DNA of 64,000 bases, taken from Candidatus Bathyarchaeia archaeon (GTDB taxonomy: Archaea; Thermoproteota; Bathyarchaeia; Bathyarchaeales; Bathycorpusculaceae). The notes beneath the pieces are model-generated. The model made no database searches. It worked only from the letters and a program-made list of their open reading frames with translations, and was not told the origin of the DNA. How positions within the stretch are numbered: position 1 is the stretch's first letter; each line of letters begins with the position of its first letter. The DNA lies in NCBI GenBank assembly GCA_050010755.1, contig JBEKKK010000001.1, positions 320,001 to 384,000 of the forward strand, given 5' to 3'. This document shows, one piece after another, positions 19,934 to 31,326 of this stretch. The translations under genes were made by a program, and so were the position numbers.

Positions 19934-19948
19934 AATGAAAGGGAGGAG

Positions 19949-20233
19949 ATGTTGAAGGTGGGTTCTGTAATTGTCACGTACAAGATTTTTCCAACAGACA
20001 TAATAAACGATTTTGGTCCGATGAAGAAGAATCTGGAAGCGATACTGCCATCTTCGGCGTCTGTCGATGGCTATGGTGAAGAACTGGTGGCTTACGGCTT
20101 GAAGGCCCTGCTGGTTCAAGTGAAGTTCCCAGAGGAAGAGACTGGTCTCGTTGATGAGTTCGAGAAGAAGCTCGAAACCGTGGAAAGCGTGAGCCAGGTG
20201 CAGACGCTCATGGTTCGCAGAACCAGCAGATAG
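19949..20233 (+). CDS. ef1b: Translation elongation factor 1-beta
   Basis: KIFPTD, EE.VAYGLKAL and VESV motifs. Confidence 0.88.
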   Translation: MLKVGSVIVTYKIFPTDIINDFGPMKKNLEAILPSSASVDGYGEELVAYGLKALLVQVKFPEEETGLVDEFEKKLETVESVSQVQTLMVRRTSR

Positions 20234-20313
20234 CGCGCGCAACCTTTGGTCAAGACATTTATATTGGAACGCTCTCTTGTTTCGAACGTAGAATCGTTAT
20301 GGAGGGATTCTAG

Positions 20314-22485
20314 TTGAGCGAAGTGCAATTACGTGTCGGAGACGCGAGGCAGAGGGACGTTGGGAGAGGGATAGCCCGCGTAGATCAGAAGACGATGCAG
20401 AAACTTGGAATCTCAGCAGGCGATGTCATTGAGATATGTGGAAAAAGAACGACTTCAGCCATAGCGTGGCCTGCCTACAGTGAAGATCAGAACCGAGACC
20501 TGCTCCGCATAGACGGTTTTTCACGCAAGAACGCCGGCGTAGCCATAAACGAGTACGTTGTCGTGAGAGGCGCCAAGGTAAAGACGGCCCTAAGCTTAAC
20601 CCTAGCCCCGGTTGACATGAGACTGAACGTGGACGAGGACTTCACCAATTTTGTCAGAAACCGCCTCATGGAAAGAACGCTTGTAGAGGGTGACACAACC
20701 CTGGTCATGATGCTCGGCCACGCCATACCCTTCACCGTCACGAAGACGCGGCCCCATGGGATAATCAAAATCACGGCCGAAACAAAACTCACGATATTGA
20801 ACGAACCCGCACCTGAAGGAAAAGGCTTGCCGAGAACAACTTACGAAGACGTGGGCGGGCTTCACGAAGAGATCCAAAGAGTAAGGGAGATGGTGGAACT
20901 CCCACTTAGACATCCGGAACTGTTCCAGCGGTTAGGAATAGAACCCCCCAAGGGAGTGCTGCTGCACGGCCCGCCCGGATGCGGCAAAACCCTCTTGGCT
21001 AGAGCCGTGGCAAATGAGTCTGAAGCCAACTTCTTCTCGATAAATGGCCCTGAAATAATGAGTAAGTTCTACGGTGAATCAGAAGCCAGGCTCCGAGAAA
21101 TCTTTCAGCAAGCCCAACAGAACGCTCCGAGCATAATATTCATAGACGAGCTAGATGCCATAGCCCCGAAAAGAGAAGAAGTCACGGGCGAGGTGGAAAG
21201 ACGCGTCGTTGCACAATTGTTGGCGCTGATGGATGGATTGTCAGGCAGGGGAAACGTGATAGTCATAGGAGCCACGAACCGACCCGGTGCCCTGGACCCG
21301 GCTCTCCGCAGACCCGGCAGGTTTGACCGTGAAATCGAGATAGGCGTACCGGACAAGCAGGGAAGGTACGAAATTATCCAGATTCACACGCGAGGCATGC
21401 CTCTGGCAGAAGGCGTTGACCTCAAGAAACTGGCAGATATGACACATGGCTATACAGGCGCTGACGTCTCTTCGCTCGGAAGAGAAACGGCGATGAAAAG
21501 TCTTCGCCGATACCTGCCGCAGATAAACCTTGAGGAAGAACGCATACCTCCTAGCGTGCTGGAAAAAATGGAAGTGACCATGGAAGATTTCATCAACGCC
21601 TACAAGGAAATAACGCCCACCGCCATGCGCGAAGTGTACATAGAAATACCCACGATACACTGGGATGAAATAGGCGGACTGGAAGAAGTCAAACAGGACC
21701 TGCAAGAAGCGGTGGAGTGGCCCCTTAAGAGCCCTGAAATTTTCGACCGCCTAGGCATAAAACCGCCCAAAGGCATACTACTCTATGGACCTCCTGGCTG
21801 CGGAAAGACTCTTCTGGGAAAAGCAGTTGCGACAGAAAGCGCAGCCAACTTCATCACCATCAAGGGCCCAGAAATCTTCTCGAAATGGGTGGGCGAATCT
21901 GAAAAAGCAGTAAGAGAAGTGTTCAGAAAAGCCAGAATGGCCGCGCCAGCAGTCATATTCTTCGACGAAATAGACTCACTACTGCCCCGCAGAGGCCTAG
22001 GATTCTCAGACAGCGGCGTCAGCGAAAGGGTCATCAGCCAACTACTGACCGAGATGGACGGCATAGTCACACTTGAGGATGTTGTCGTCATAGCCGCCAC
22101 AAACAGGCCCGACATGGTGGACCCGGCCGTGCTCAGACCTGGAAGGTTCGACAGACTAATCTACGTACCGGAGCCAAGCGAACAGAGCAGAACCCAAATA
22201 TTCAAAATTTACACGAAGGACATGCCAATTGCAAAAGACGTAGGCATGGCACAGCTGGCAGTATTAGCCAAGAACTACTCTGGCGCCGATATATCAGCCC
22301 TTTGTCGAGAAGCAGCCATGTTCGCTTTGAGAAAAGACGTTAACACCAAGGAAGTCAAGTTCGCAGACTTCGAGGAAGCCAAGAAGAGAATCGGACCGTC
22401 AATCACGCCTGACATGGAAAAATGGTACAAAAGTTTCATGCAGCAGGCCAGACAGGCGCAAAAACCCGCCACGCCAGTGGCCTAG
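20314..22485 (+). CDS. cdc48: CDC48/VCP AAA+ ATPase
   Basis: Two Walker A GPPGCGKT motifs; RRPGRFD motifs. Confidence 0.97.
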   Translation: MSEVQLRVGDARQRDVGRGIARVDQKTMQKLGISAGDVIEICGKRTTSAIAWPAYSEDQNRDLLRIDGFSRKNAGVAINEYVVVRGAKVKTALSLTLAPVDMRLNVDEDFTNFVRNRLMERTLVEGDTTLVMMLGHAIPFTVTKTRPHGIIKITAETKLTILNEPAPEGKGLPRTTYEDVGGLHEEIQRVREMVELPLRHPELFQRLGIEPPKGVLLHGPPGCGKTLLARAVANESEANFFSINGPEIMSKFYGESEARLREIFQQAQQNAPSIIFIDELDAIAPKREEVTGEVERRVVAQLLALMDGLSGRGNVIVIGATNRPGALDPALRRPGRFDREIEIGVPDKQGRYEIIQIHTRGMPLAEGVDLKKLADMTHGYTGADVSSLGRETAMKSLRRYLPQINLEEERIPPSVLEKMEVTMEDFINAYKEITPTAMREVYIEIPTIHWDEIGGLEEVKQDLQEAVEWPLKSPEIFDRLGIKPPKGILLYGPPGCGKTLLGKAVATESAANFITIKGPEIFSKWVGESEKAVREVFRKARMAAPAVIFFDEIDSLLPRRGLGFSDSGVSERVISQLLTEMDGIVTLEDVVVIAATNRPDMVDPAVLRPGRFDRLIYVPEPSEQSRTQIFKIYTKDMPIAKDVGMAQLAVLAKNYSGADISALCREAAMFALRKDVNTKEVKFADFEEAKKRIGPSITPDMEKWYKSFMQQARQAQKPATPVA

Positions 22486-22496
22486 GTGAAACCAGC

Positions 22497-22730
22497 ATGC
22501 CCATGCCGACAAAAACTTGGAAAACTTTACCCGCCTACTTCACTCTCATGGAACTCCTGAAAAAGAAGGGCGCTCTTCCAGACACCGAACTCTACGAAGC
22601 CATAACAGACGAGTTCGAGGACTTAGGCTACAAGGATTTCAGCGATATATTGATGCGACTGGAAATCAGCGGGAAAATACGCGTTACCTCCATGTCTCGG
22701 GGGAAGAGACGTGTTGAACTTCTAACATAA
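22497..22730 (+). CDS. Small winged-helix hypothetical protein
   Basis: LMRLEISGKIRV..GKRRVEL wHTH-like pattern. Confidence 0.65.
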   Translation: MPMPTKTWKTLPAYFTLMELLKKKGALPDTELYEAITDEFEDLGYKDFSDILMRLEISGKIRVTSMSRGKRRVELLT

Positions 22731-22757
22731 GAAACTATAGGCCCCATAAACTTCCGC

Positions 22758-23984
22758 GTGCAGCATATGAACGAAGCTTCAGACGTCATAGTTGTCGGAG
22801 GAGGCCCATGCGGCTCCTTCACCGCCCTAAAACTTGCAAAACTGGGCAAACCGGTAACGGTTTTCGAGGAACACGGTCAGATAGGCGTTCCATCACACTG
22901 CGCTGGGCACCTCAGCCTGAAGGGTTTGAAGCAGTTGGGACTGAACTCGCTTCCGCCAGAAATGGTTGAAAACACTTTCTACGGTGCGAACTTCTATTCG
23001 CCCAAAGGAAACGAGTTCTCAGTAAACTTATCTCAACCAGTAACATGTGCCGTCGACCGCGCAATGTTCGACAAGTATATCTCCGAAAAAGCCAAAGACG
23101 CAGGCGCGAGCTACCACCTAAACTCCAAGGTTGAAGCATTAATCATGGAAAACGCGTTTGTAAGAGGAGCAATCGTCAACCGAGAAGGGATAAGCGAGAA
23201 AAAACAGGCAAAAGTCATCGTGGACGCTGAAGGAATATCCTCGAGGATAACAAGGGAAGCAGGCCTGCCTCAGCCCAACAAAATTCTAAATGGAGTGGAA
23301 GCAGAGGTTGAAAATGTCAAAGAAGCCGACCCTGACACAGTTGACGTTTATCTCGGAAACAGCTATGCCCCTGGCTTCTACGCGTGGCTGATACCTAAGA
23401 AAGATGGAAAAGCAAAAGTCGGCCTAGCCACGAGAAAGGGAAACCCAAAAGATCTTCTGCAAAAACTCATGTTCAAACATCCTGCAGCGTCAAGAAAGTT
23501 GAGATCAGCACGCATCGTGAAAACCATGTTTCACCCAATAACGCTTGGAGGCCCAACCAGACAAGCGCATTCAAACGGGTTACTAGTGGTGGGCGATGCC
23601 GCCTCACAAGTTAAACCCACCACAGGAGGCGGCGTGATCTTCGGCATGACCTGCGGGCAAATAGCGGCTGATGTGGCCTGCGAAGCCCTCGACAGAAACG
23701 ACTTTTCCAAACAGTTTCTTGCCAAGTACCAGAACAGATGTAGAGAACTCATCGGTTTCGACATCAGAGTCATGCTAAGAATAAGGAAAACTCTTGACGC
23801 GTTGTCTGATCAGAGAATTGACGAGGCGGTTGCCCTTTGTGCAAAACTCGGCCTGAACAAAACCCTCGAGAACGTTGAAGACATAGATTTTCAAGGACAA
23901 ACTCTGCTGCGCGTCCTTCGCAGCCCTCGAATGCTCACAGCCCTTGCCTACTTCTTTTTTGCTTATCTGGCTGCGAACCCTTAA
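22758..23984 (+). CDS. Geranylgeranyl reductase family flavoprotein
   Basis: VVGGGPCG, YAWLIP and GDAASQVKPTTGGG motifs. Confidence 0.9.
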   Translation: MQHMNEASDVIVVGGGPCGSFTALKLAKLGKPVTVFEEHGQIGVPSHCAGHLSLKGLKQLGLNSLPPEMVENTFYGANFYSPKGNEFSVNLSQPVTCAVDRAMFDKYISEKAKDAGASYHLNSKVEALIMENAFVRGAIVNREGISEKKQAKVIVDAEGISSRITREAGLPQPNKILNGVEAEVENVKEADPDTVDVYLGNSYAPGFYAWLIPKKDGKAKVGLATRKGNPKDLLQKLMFKHPAASRKLRSARIVKTMFHPITLGGPTRQAHSNGLLVVGDAASQVKPTTGGGVIFGMTCGQIAADVACEALDRNDFSKQFLAKYQNRCRELIGFDIRVMLRIRKTLDALSDQRIDEAVALCAKLGLNKTLENVEDIDFQGQTLLRVLRSPRMLTALAYFFFAYLAANP

Positions 23985-24024
23985 AATCCCACAGAACAAA
24001 CAAAGTACGGAGGTCAGACAACCC

Positions 24025-24387
24025 ATGTCCCAGTTTCGTTACAAACAGGTCATTGTCTTCCGATCAAACCTGAGGCTGAGCAAAGGAAAGACGGCAGCGC
24101 AAGCTGGACACGCCGCTGTAACAGCGGCAGAAGAAGCTCGAAAGCATCATAGAGAATGGTTTGAAGGCTGGTCCATGGAGGGCCAGTGCAAAATAGCCGT
24201 CAAAGTGAAAAACGAAGAAGAATTATCCGATCTGGAGGAAAGAGCTAGGGAAATGGGTTTGCCACACGCTCTCATCATCGATAGGGGGCTTACAGAAATC
24301 CCAGCCGGAACCGTAACATGCCTAGGAATCGGCCCTGCCCCAGCAGAAAAAGTGGACAAGATTACCCGGAGCCTCCCGCTTCTCTAG
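24025..24387 (+). CDS. pth2: Peptidyl-tRNA hydrolase 2
   Basis: KGK.AAQ.GHA, D.GLTEI and GIGPAP motifs. Confidence 0.95.
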   Translation: MSQFRYKQVIVFRSNLRLSKGKTAAQAGHAAVTAAEEARKHHREWFEGWSMEGQCKIAVKVKNEEELSDLEERAREMGLPHALIIDRGLTEIPAGTVTCLGIGPAPAEKVDKITRSLPLL

Positions 24388-24400
24388 ATGGGCGACAATC

Positions 24401-25786
24401 TTGCAACCTCCAAAACTTGAAAGACAGTTGGGCATCGAAGTTTACGCTAGCTGTTCGAAGGGCATCGGCGGAACCATCCGCGAGAACAGTGAAGACTTTG
24501 TCGTCGAGGAACTGTTGGTCGACGGTTCAAAGGCTCAGGCAGAAACCACTGGAAGCTACACCGAGGACCAAGTGCTGGGCTGTTCAACGGCTAAGAACCG
24601 TTACCTGTTATGCACTATGGTGAAACGGAACTGGGACACATTTGTGGCTATCAAACGCATCGCCAACTATCTTGGCGTAGGCTCAGAACAAATTCAAATT
24701 GCAGGAATAAAGGACGCAAAAGCTTTAACTGCCCAACACATCACAATCGAAGGCGCTTCACTCGAACAAGCGCAAAAAATCTACGTCAAAGATATAAAAA
24801 TCCGGCCTCTAGGTTATTTGCGCAACAAGCTTTCGGCGTACTACCTCTTAGGTAACAGCTTCAGCATTCGCATCAGAGCCCTGAACCACTCGAAACCTGT
24901 AATCAAGAGGAGAATTGCAGAAACAGTTGAAGAACTCAAAACAGTCGGCGGCATTCCAAACTTTTTTGGACACCAACGCTTCGGAACAATCCGCCCAATA
25001 ACGCATCTGGTCGGAAAAGAATTCATTAAGAAAGACGCAAAAACAGCCGCGATGCTGTTCCTGGCCAAACCAAGCCCATACGAACACGCCTCATCACGAC
25101 GTGCTCGCCAAGAATTGCAAGCAACGCACGATTTCGAAAAAGCTGCAAAGGAGTTCCCCAGTCAACTTCGCTACGAAGTGTTAATGCTTAAACACTTGGT
25201 CAAACGCCCGGACGATTTTGCCGGATCTTTCAGAACACTGCCCTTCAAACTGCAAGAGCTGTTCATCCAAGCCTACGAATCCTACTTGTTCAACAAGTTC
25301 CTCAGCAGAAGAATCGCACAAGGGCTGCCGCTTAACATGGCTGAAGACGGAGATTATGTCGTCGCTATAGAACGCTCTGGACTGCCAAGCCTCAACATAT
25401 TCAAAACAGTCAACATGGAAAATCGGTCGGAGATTAACAACTCGATACGATCCGGGAAACTGAGACTTGCGATTCCGCTCATCGGGTTCAAACAGCATCC
25501 TTCACAAGGAGTCCAAGGAGAAATCGAGAAACACGTTCTGGAAGAGGAAGAAGTTTCTCCAAGCGAATTTCGTATATCCTCGATGCCTGAAGTTAACACT
25601 AAAGGAAGACTCCGAGCCGCTGTGATTCCGATCAACAATTTTTCAACAGGCGAGATCTCGTCTGACGCAAATGGAACGGTTGGACAAGAGATCGGAGTGA
25701 CATTCATGCTGTATCGTGGCTCATACGCAACGATATTGTTGAGGGAAATCATGAAACCGAGAAACCCAATAAAAGAAGGATTCTGA
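24401..25786 (+). CDS. truD: tRNA pseudouridine(13) synthase
   Basis: EDFVVEE, AGIKD, PNFFGHQRFG and GSYAT..LRE motifs. Confidence 0.95.
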   Translation: MQPPKLERQLGIEVYASCSKGIGGTIRENSEDFVVEELLVDGSKAQAETTGSYTEDQVLGCSTAKNRYLLCTMVKRNWDTFVAIKRIANYLGVGSEQIQIAGIKDAKALTAQHITIEGASLEQAQKIYVKDIKIRPLGYLRNKLSAYYLLGNSFSIRIRALNHSKPVIKRRIAETVEELKTVGGIPNFFGHQRFGTIRPITHLVGKEFIKKDAKTAAMLFLAKPSPYEHASSRRARQELQATHDFEKAAKEFPSQLRYEVLMLKHLVKRPDDFAGSFRTLPFKLQELFIQAYESYLFNKFLSRRIAQGLPLNMAEDGDYVVAIERSGLPSLNIFKTVNMENRSEINNSIRSGKLRLAIPLIGFKQHPSQGVQGEIEKHVLEEEEVSPSEFRISSMPEVNTKGRLRAAVIPINNFSTGEISSDANGTVGQEIGVTFMLYRGSYATILLREIMKPRNPIKEGF

Positions 25787-26025
25787 AAGCATTGACCGTC
25801 TCTCGCTTGTAGCTAAGAAGTTGCAAGTTTTCGTTGTTTTCTCATATTACGCCACCAAGATTGAACTGGTCCACAAAAAAGCACCCAGAGGGTGAGTTCC
25901 TTTCTCTAAGTAATTCCATCGCTTGCATGCAATGTTGGCCTGCATTTTCTACCCACGAAAAGAATATTGTTATATTCTAAAGCTTTATCACTTATCAGGT
26001 CGTGAATAGTGAAAGATGACTTGCA

Positions 26026-27033
26026 ATGGAAGCAGCTGAAGCCGCAAGAAATGCCCTTGAGTGCGTTCTAGAAGCAAAGAAGGGCGAAGCCATAACGATA
26101 TTTTGCGACGATGAAAAGATGGATGTCTGCGAGCCGTTTTCTATAGGCGCTCTGAGGCTCGGCCTGAAAACACGCTTAATAAAGCTGAAGACCGAACCGA
26201 CTTTCCGAAAAGAAATTCCTCCAAATATCCGAGAGATATTCGCAAAACAAAGAACAGATATTTTCGTTAACTTGCTGCGGGGAAACCGAGAAGAGACACC
26301 TTTCAGGATAAATCTCACCGAATTGGAAACAGAGGATTGCAAAACTCGTCTTGCTCATTGTCCAGGCATCACGTTGGACATGCTCACCGATGGCGCCTTA
26401 GCTCTCACCATCAGAGATCACAGAAAAATGCAGGACTTTGCGAGCAGTCTGATCCAGCGGCTTGGGCAAGCAATCCGTGTGGAAGTAACGAATTCGGTAG
26501 GTACAAACATCTCGATGAGTGTTGAAAGGAGACCTTTCTTCACGGACACCATGTTAGATTGGAAAAGCTTGAATTGGATGAACATGCCAACTGGAGAGGT
26601 CACAGTTGCGCCTGTTGAAGACTCGCTGGATGGCGAACTGATCTGCGACATGGCAATAGGCGGAATAGGCCCAATAAAGACTGCCGTAGGGATCACAGCA
26701 AAGGACGGGAAGGTAATGAAAACCGAGTCCCAAGACGATCGAGTGTTGAAAAAAGTTGAAGAATCATTAAGGACCGATAGCCGAGCAAAAATCGTGGGAG
26801 AATTTGCTTTCGGAATAAACCCAAAGGCAAGATTTGTCGATGAGTTTCTTGAGGCTGAGAAAATTCTGGGTACGATTCACGTAGCCTTTGGCAACAATTC
26901 GGACATGCCTGGCGGAAACAACCCGTCAGGCAACCATATGGATTTCCTGATATCAAAACCCACAGTCAAAATAATTAATGCGGACAATACCTCCTTCGAT
27001 GTACTCGTGAACGGAACATTCAAAAGCCCATAG
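26026..27033 (+). CDS. Aminopeptidase (M29/thermophilic metalloprotease family)
   Basis: NMPTGEV..AP, GEFAFGIN, EK..GTIHVAFG and H.D motifs. Confidence 0.85.
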   Translation: MEAAEAARNALECVLEAKKGEAITIFCDDEKMDVCEPFSIGALRLGLKTRLIKLKTEPTFRKEIPPNIREIFAKQRTDIFVNLLRGNREETPFRINLTELETEDCKTRLAHCPGITLDMLTDGALALTIRDHRKMQDFASSLIQRLGQAIRVEVTNSVGTNISMSVERRPFFTDTMLDWKSLNWMNMPTGEVTVAPVEDSLDGELICDMAIGGIGPIKTAVGITAKDGKVMKTESQDDRVLKKVEESLRTDSRAKIVGEFAFGINPKARFVDEFLEAEKILGTIHVAFGNNSDMPGGNNPSGNHMDFLISKPTVKIINADNTSFDVLVNGTFKSP

Positions 27034-27095
27034 TGTGCAAACCAGATGAAACCTCTAATTGAAATAATAAACCTATGATTGGAAGGCTGGAGCAT

Positions 27096-27359
27096 ATGTC
27101 TGACAAAACGGATGAGAAGCTGCCAATATCCGAATTCTACAAAGTCGTAGATTCTGTAACGATTTTCAAGAATAAGAACTGGTGGGAAGCCATCGTTATC
27201 TGTGAATCATACGGAAAACGGTCCATCGGCATGTATCTTTGGCAAAAAAGGCTAGACGTTTGGAAAAGAAAACACAAATTCAACGTCAGAAATCTGGAAG
27301 AGTGGAACAAGCTCAAGAACGCTATAGACCAGCTCGCACCAAAACTTGAGTCGAAATAA
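27096..27359 (+). CDS. Hypothetical protein, possible PC4-like fold
   Basis: Aromatic-rich beta strands followed by an EEWNKLKNAIDQL helix. Confidence 0.65.
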   Translation: MSDKTDEKLPISEFYKVVDSVTIFKNKNWWEAIVICESYGKRSIGMYLWQKRLDVWKRKHKFNVRNLEEWNKLKNAIDQLAPKLESK

Positions 27360-27460
27360 TCCTTTTTTTGTAATTCAGCGTTTCAATCCTTATTCTGTAT
27401 CAATATCTGAAATTGAATAATCTTATTACTAAACAAAGGAAAACAAAACAAGCGAGAAGC

Positions 27461-27895
27461 ATGAACGAAACAGAGCAAACTCAGCAGATTACTGGAGATT
27501 GGGAAGTGGCTGAAGACAGCCAACCCCAAGAACAGGAAATCAGTCATCAGACTGAGAATGAAAAGAAAGAAGCGCCAGCCGAGAACGTTCGAACAAAACG
27601 AAAAAAGAATGAACGAAAACATGAACCGATCCCAAACCAAGAGAGAAGCAATTTTGTCCATGGGCTTTCAGCTGGTCTCGGAATCGGATGCATCGCAGCA
27701 TTCATCATGTTATGGCTGACAGTGTTTTTCACTCCTCAGTTACCAGTTGGAATCACATATCAAGACATGCTATCAACGTTCATTTATCCGCTAATCTATC
27801 TTTTTGCGCTCGGTTTGATATCCCTGACAGTAGGAATCGTTGGGGAAAGATACGCCGCGAAAAGCCGTTTGAAGACGAGACAGGGCGCGCAGTAA
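27461..27895 (+). CDS. Membrane protein with disordered N-terminus
   Basis: Glu/Gln/Lys-rich N-terminus, two TM helices. Confidence 0.65.
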   Translation: MNETEQTQQITGDWEVAEDSQPQEQEISHQTENEKKEAPAENVRTKRKKNERKHEPIPNQERSNFVHGLSAGLGIGCIAAFIMLWLTVFFTPQLPVGITYQDMLSTFIYPLIYLFALGLISLTVGIVGERYAAKSRLKTRQGAQ

Positions 27896-27963
27896 GGCTG
27901 AAAATCATTCGCTGACGCCGGAGAATATCAGATAACAAGAGAGAAAATTGAGACGCCCAATTC

Positions 27964-28725
27964 TTAGAAGGTGTATTTGTCTCCCTGGGATAAGATGCGC
28001 TCCAAGCCTGCATTGAAGTTTATGATACCCTCGCTCGTCCTTGCTGAAAGTGGAATCAACGGAAATTTCATGCCCAGCTTGTAAATCGCCTGCATAACGT
28101 TTCGGCTAAGCAAGCGTTTCGTCCCATCAAGTTTTTCGTCAATTGCAGAAGATAAGGCGTTAGGGTTAGAGGACCAATCCACAACTCTGTCAACCTCCTC
28201 TTTGGGAAGTAAATCACACTTCGACAAGAGATGCATTTGAGGCAGGAGAAAGCGGTTGTAAACCGCTGCTGAGAGAAAAAGGTTAGAAACAAAGTTGAGC
28301 GGGTTGACCGAAAAAACGGCGTCAAACAGGTAAACTATGGCTTTCGGCTCGGCGGTGAGCTCGGCGACGATGTATGGTCCGCTGGCCCGAAATGCGAACA
28401 ACTCCATCTGCCCCGAGGTATCCACCAAAACTATATCACATTGTAGCTCCTCGATCTCTTTTGAAATCTTCTCGACTTGATCAGCGATCAAGTCTGCAGC
28501 CATTACCAAAGCCCCGTTGGGACCTAGACCATACTCTTCCATTAAATTGTCAACGTTAACGTAGTCACGAACATCCACTTCGGGCGAATAAGGAAGCGTC
28601 GACACTCCAGGATCCAGATTGACCGTCGCAACGTCCTGTTTGGACATTTTCAACCAATCGCTAAAAGCCGCAGTGAGCTGAGACTTGCCTGATCCTGCAG
28701 TTCCTATTATGAAAGCAACAAACAT
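27964..28725 (-). CDS. GPN-loop GTPase
   Basis: GTAGSGKS, NLDPG, LGPNG and DTSGQME motifs. Confidence 0.93.
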   Translation of the reverse strand: MFVAFIIGTAGSGKSQLTAAFSDWLKMSKQDVATVNLDPGVSTLPYSPEVDVRDYVNVDNLMEEYGLGPNGALVMAADLIADQVEKISKEIEELQCDIVLVDTSGQMELFAFRASGPYIVAELTAEPKAIVYLFDAVFSVNPLNFVSNLFLSAAVYNRFLLPQMHLLSKCDLLPKEEVDRVVDWSSNPNALSSAIDEKLDGTKRLLSRNVMQAIYKLGMKFPLIPLSARTSEGIINFNAGLERILSQGDKYTF

Positions 28726-29123
28726 GTTCTACCAACAACCTTTGTTTAAACATGAAACGCAAGTATATCGAGACTTTGCTCTGAAGTTAAAGCTTTTCTC
28801 GTCAAGAAGGATTTTCGGGTGGCCGGCACTGGGGCTTTTGGGCCCTTGCGCCTTGACAGTAAAATGTACATATGCCGCTTATCCCAATGTTACTTTAACG
28901 GCCAGAAGGGCAGTGAAGATAGGGAAGAATGGGGACCGTCCTTGTGGAACTGTCTGTATCAGCCATAATCTTCGTTACCAGACCAACTTGTCCGAAGAAT
29001 GCATGTGTCCGAAGCCAGGCGTGGAACGCATACGCAAAATGGCTGTTGGAGGCTGTCGGGATGACACAAATTGTGACCAAGTAAACACTTGCTTTGATGT
29101 GTGTCGGATCAGCGTCAGATTTC

Positions 29124-29909
29124 TTATATTCGTACGGAAACTCTCTCTCGACGATCGAAAATACATGTGTGCGTGTAGCCCACTCTCTTTGCAAGTTTGG
29201 TCGCTTTCTTGAAACTTCGTCCGACATCTTCGGGTGCGTGGGCATCCGAACCGAACGTTATTGGAACGCCGTGCTTTTGCAGTATTCTCAAGAATTGTTC
29301 GCTCGGATAGATTTCTTTGCAGGGTCTTCTTAAACCCCTTGTGTTAATTTCTACACATACGTTTGATTCTGCTATGGTTTCCGCGGTTTCTTCCAGAATA
29401 TGTGAAAAATCGGTCTTCGGTTTTGCCCCGAAGATTTTGATGATGTCTGGATGTCCCAAAACATCGAAGAGGCGAGAACTGGCTGCGCTTTTCAGAAGGC
29501 TGAAATACTGAATGTAGAGCTGCCACGGGTCCCTCTTTAAATATTCATGCATTTCGGAAGGATCATCAAAAATCCAGTTACCGAGTACATGAACGGATCC
29601 TATCACGTAATCAAAAGGGTACTTCTGGATGGATTCTCTTATTTTGCAAATGTCATCAGGAAAATAGTCTATTTCGGTGCCCAGCTTGACAGGGACACTC
29701 GATCTTTCCTTGAATTCTACAAATTCGTGCAGGTAGGCCGGCATTTGTTGGATAAATCTGTCCGAACGTCCCTTGAGAGGACGCAGCAGAACATGCTCTG
29801 AAAAACCTATCTCTTCAATTCTTCTCTTCATTGCTGCTTGGACACAGTCTGCCATGCTTCCCTCAGCATCTGGAGAAGCTCGCGTGTGGATGTGATAATC
29901 TGCAACCAT
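29124..29909 (-). CDS. PHP-family histidinol-phosphatase (HisJ/HisK-like)
   Basis: DYHIHT, DYVIGSVH, GHPD and GSDAH motifs. Confidence 0.85.
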   Translation of the reverse strand: MVADYHIHTRASPDAEGSMADCVQAAMKRRIEEIGFSEHVLLRPLKGRSDRFIQQMPAYLHEFVEFKERSSVPVKLGTEIDYFPDDICKIRESIQKYPFDYVIGSVHVLGNWIFDDPSEMHEYLKRDPWQLYIQYFSLLKSAASSRLFDVLGHPDIIKIFGAKPKTDFSHILEETAETIAESNVCVEINTRGLRRPCKEIYPSEQFLRILQKHGVPITFGSDAHAPEDVGRSFKKATKLAKRVGYTHTCIFDRRERVSVRI

Positions 29910-29953
29910 TCCATTGCACCTGTCTCTAGCTTCCGAAGAGAACGTTGTGAATT

Positions 29954-30781
29954 TCAGGTTCTGATTTTTCCGCCGTTCTTACGCACAAGCTCTGATAACT
30001 CAGATACTGACTTGTCCAAACGGTTTTTAGCAGTTTCAGGATCGTCGGCTGTTGTTGAAAAGTGAAGTTCAATGTGCGATCTCTTTCCTTCAACCTGAGC
30101 CACAGATTTGGTGTAGACATGCGATTTCACGTAAACGTGGGGGTTATGATGCATAACCCTGTCAATCAATGGTGCCAGATTTGATTCCATTATTTCTTCT
30201 ACATAAATGCTCGTCTCAAAAAAGGCAGATTTTCCAGCCCTTTGTTTAATAATTCCAGCTATAGACCCGTCAAAAATGGCCTCCATTTCGGGGGGAACAC
30301 CAGGCAACGCTATTATGAATGTTCCTTCCACTTCAGCCATCACACCAGGGGCAGTGCCAACAGGGTTGGGTAATGGCCGCGTGCCTTTCGGCAAAGTTGC
30401 CATCTTGACCCTTGGCGGCGTCAGTTCGATTTTCTCAGTCTTTCCGGTTTTCTCGAGGTAAGCAACATACTTTTGTCTCACCATTTTTAAAGCTTCTTCA
30501 TTGACTTCGAGCTGACGATTAAGACCCAAGGCGATTCCTTCAAGTGTTTTATCGTCAAACGTCGGCCCCAGCCCCCCTGTTGTTATTATGAAATCAGGTT
30601 TTCGACGTAGCGTTTCTTGCAGAGTTTCTGCGATTTCATCCAGTTCATCGCCTATAACTACAATCTTCTTGACCGTCAACCCGAGAGATGTGACGCGCCT
30701 GGCTAGCCAAGTTGCGTTCGTATTTAGAGTTTTTCCAATTAGTAATTCATTGCCCACGCAGATTATTTCCAAAGGGTTCAC
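29954..30781 (-). CDS. CinA-like molybdopterin-binding domain protein
   Basis: GNELLIG, GGLGPTFDD and LPGVPPEM motifs. Confidence 0.88.
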   Translation of the reverse strand: MNPLEIICVGNELLIGKTLNTNATWLARRVTSLGLTVKKIVVIGDELDEIAETLQETLRRKPDFIITTGGLGPTFDDKTLEGIALGLNRQLEVNEEALKMVRQKYVAYLEKTGKTEKIELTPPRVKMATLPKGTRPLPNPVGTAPGVMAEVEGTFIIALPGVPPEMEAIFDGSIAGIIKQRAGKSAFFETSIYVEEIMESNLAPLIDRVMHHNPHVYVKSHVYTKSVAQVEGKRSHIELHFSTTADDPETAKNRLDKSVSELSELVRKNGGKIRT

Positions 30782-31051
30782 CCTTGTTTCTAGTTTAACA
30801 GCTTGTGAATATAACTGTCGCCAAGAGCAAGTTAGCTTTTTTTAAACGCAGTCATGCCCAAAATCTTGTCCACCCCAGAAATCGTTTCGGATTGAGATGT
30901 AATAGACCTAAAATCTGGCAGAACTGTCTTGCTAATTGACATTGAGTGTTGAGCTGAACGATATTTATAAACCTCAAGAGGGAATTAGAATTGACGATTT
31001 GGCAGAATCATACTGTTTGCTGATTTTTGGTTTCGAGTGCGGCGTCAGAGT

Positions 31052-31258
31052 TTATTCTTTCTTGCTTAGATACCATTTAAGGTATTCTTTTTTCTTTCTT
31101 TGCCGTTCTTCTTCCTTCGATTCCAAGTTGGGTTTCAGCTTATCTCTCAGTTCCATCAGTTCCTGTTGTGTCACCGACAGTCCGCAGCTCTTGCACACGT
31201 AATGTTTAGTGGCTATCATGTACTGCATTTCGCCACCACATTCCGGACAGTAGGGCAT
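31052..31258 (-). CDS. Small Zn-ribbon protein
   Basis: CPECGG...CKSCG and C-terminal EYLKWYLS. Confidence 0.75.
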   Translation of the reverse strand: MPYCPECGGEMQYMIATKHYVCKSCGLSVTQQELMELRDKLKPNLESKEEERQRKKKEYLKWYLSKKE

Positions 31259-31326
31259 TCTTGTTCACTTTTCTGCCTGAAGAAGTAGATTGGTTTGAGA
31301 AATACGTTTCGCCGTATCTGACAGGT

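Noticed and set aside
28685-29245. Overlapping Cys-rich ORFs between the GPN GTPase and PHP genes
   Set aside because: No recognisable motifs in any frame, they overlap real genes, and no convincing RNA structure was found.
30105-30140. HVYVKS/HVYTKS apparent insertion in the CinA-like gene as a second intron
   Set aside because: It is in frame, looks like a short diverged tandem duplication, and shows no BHB motif.
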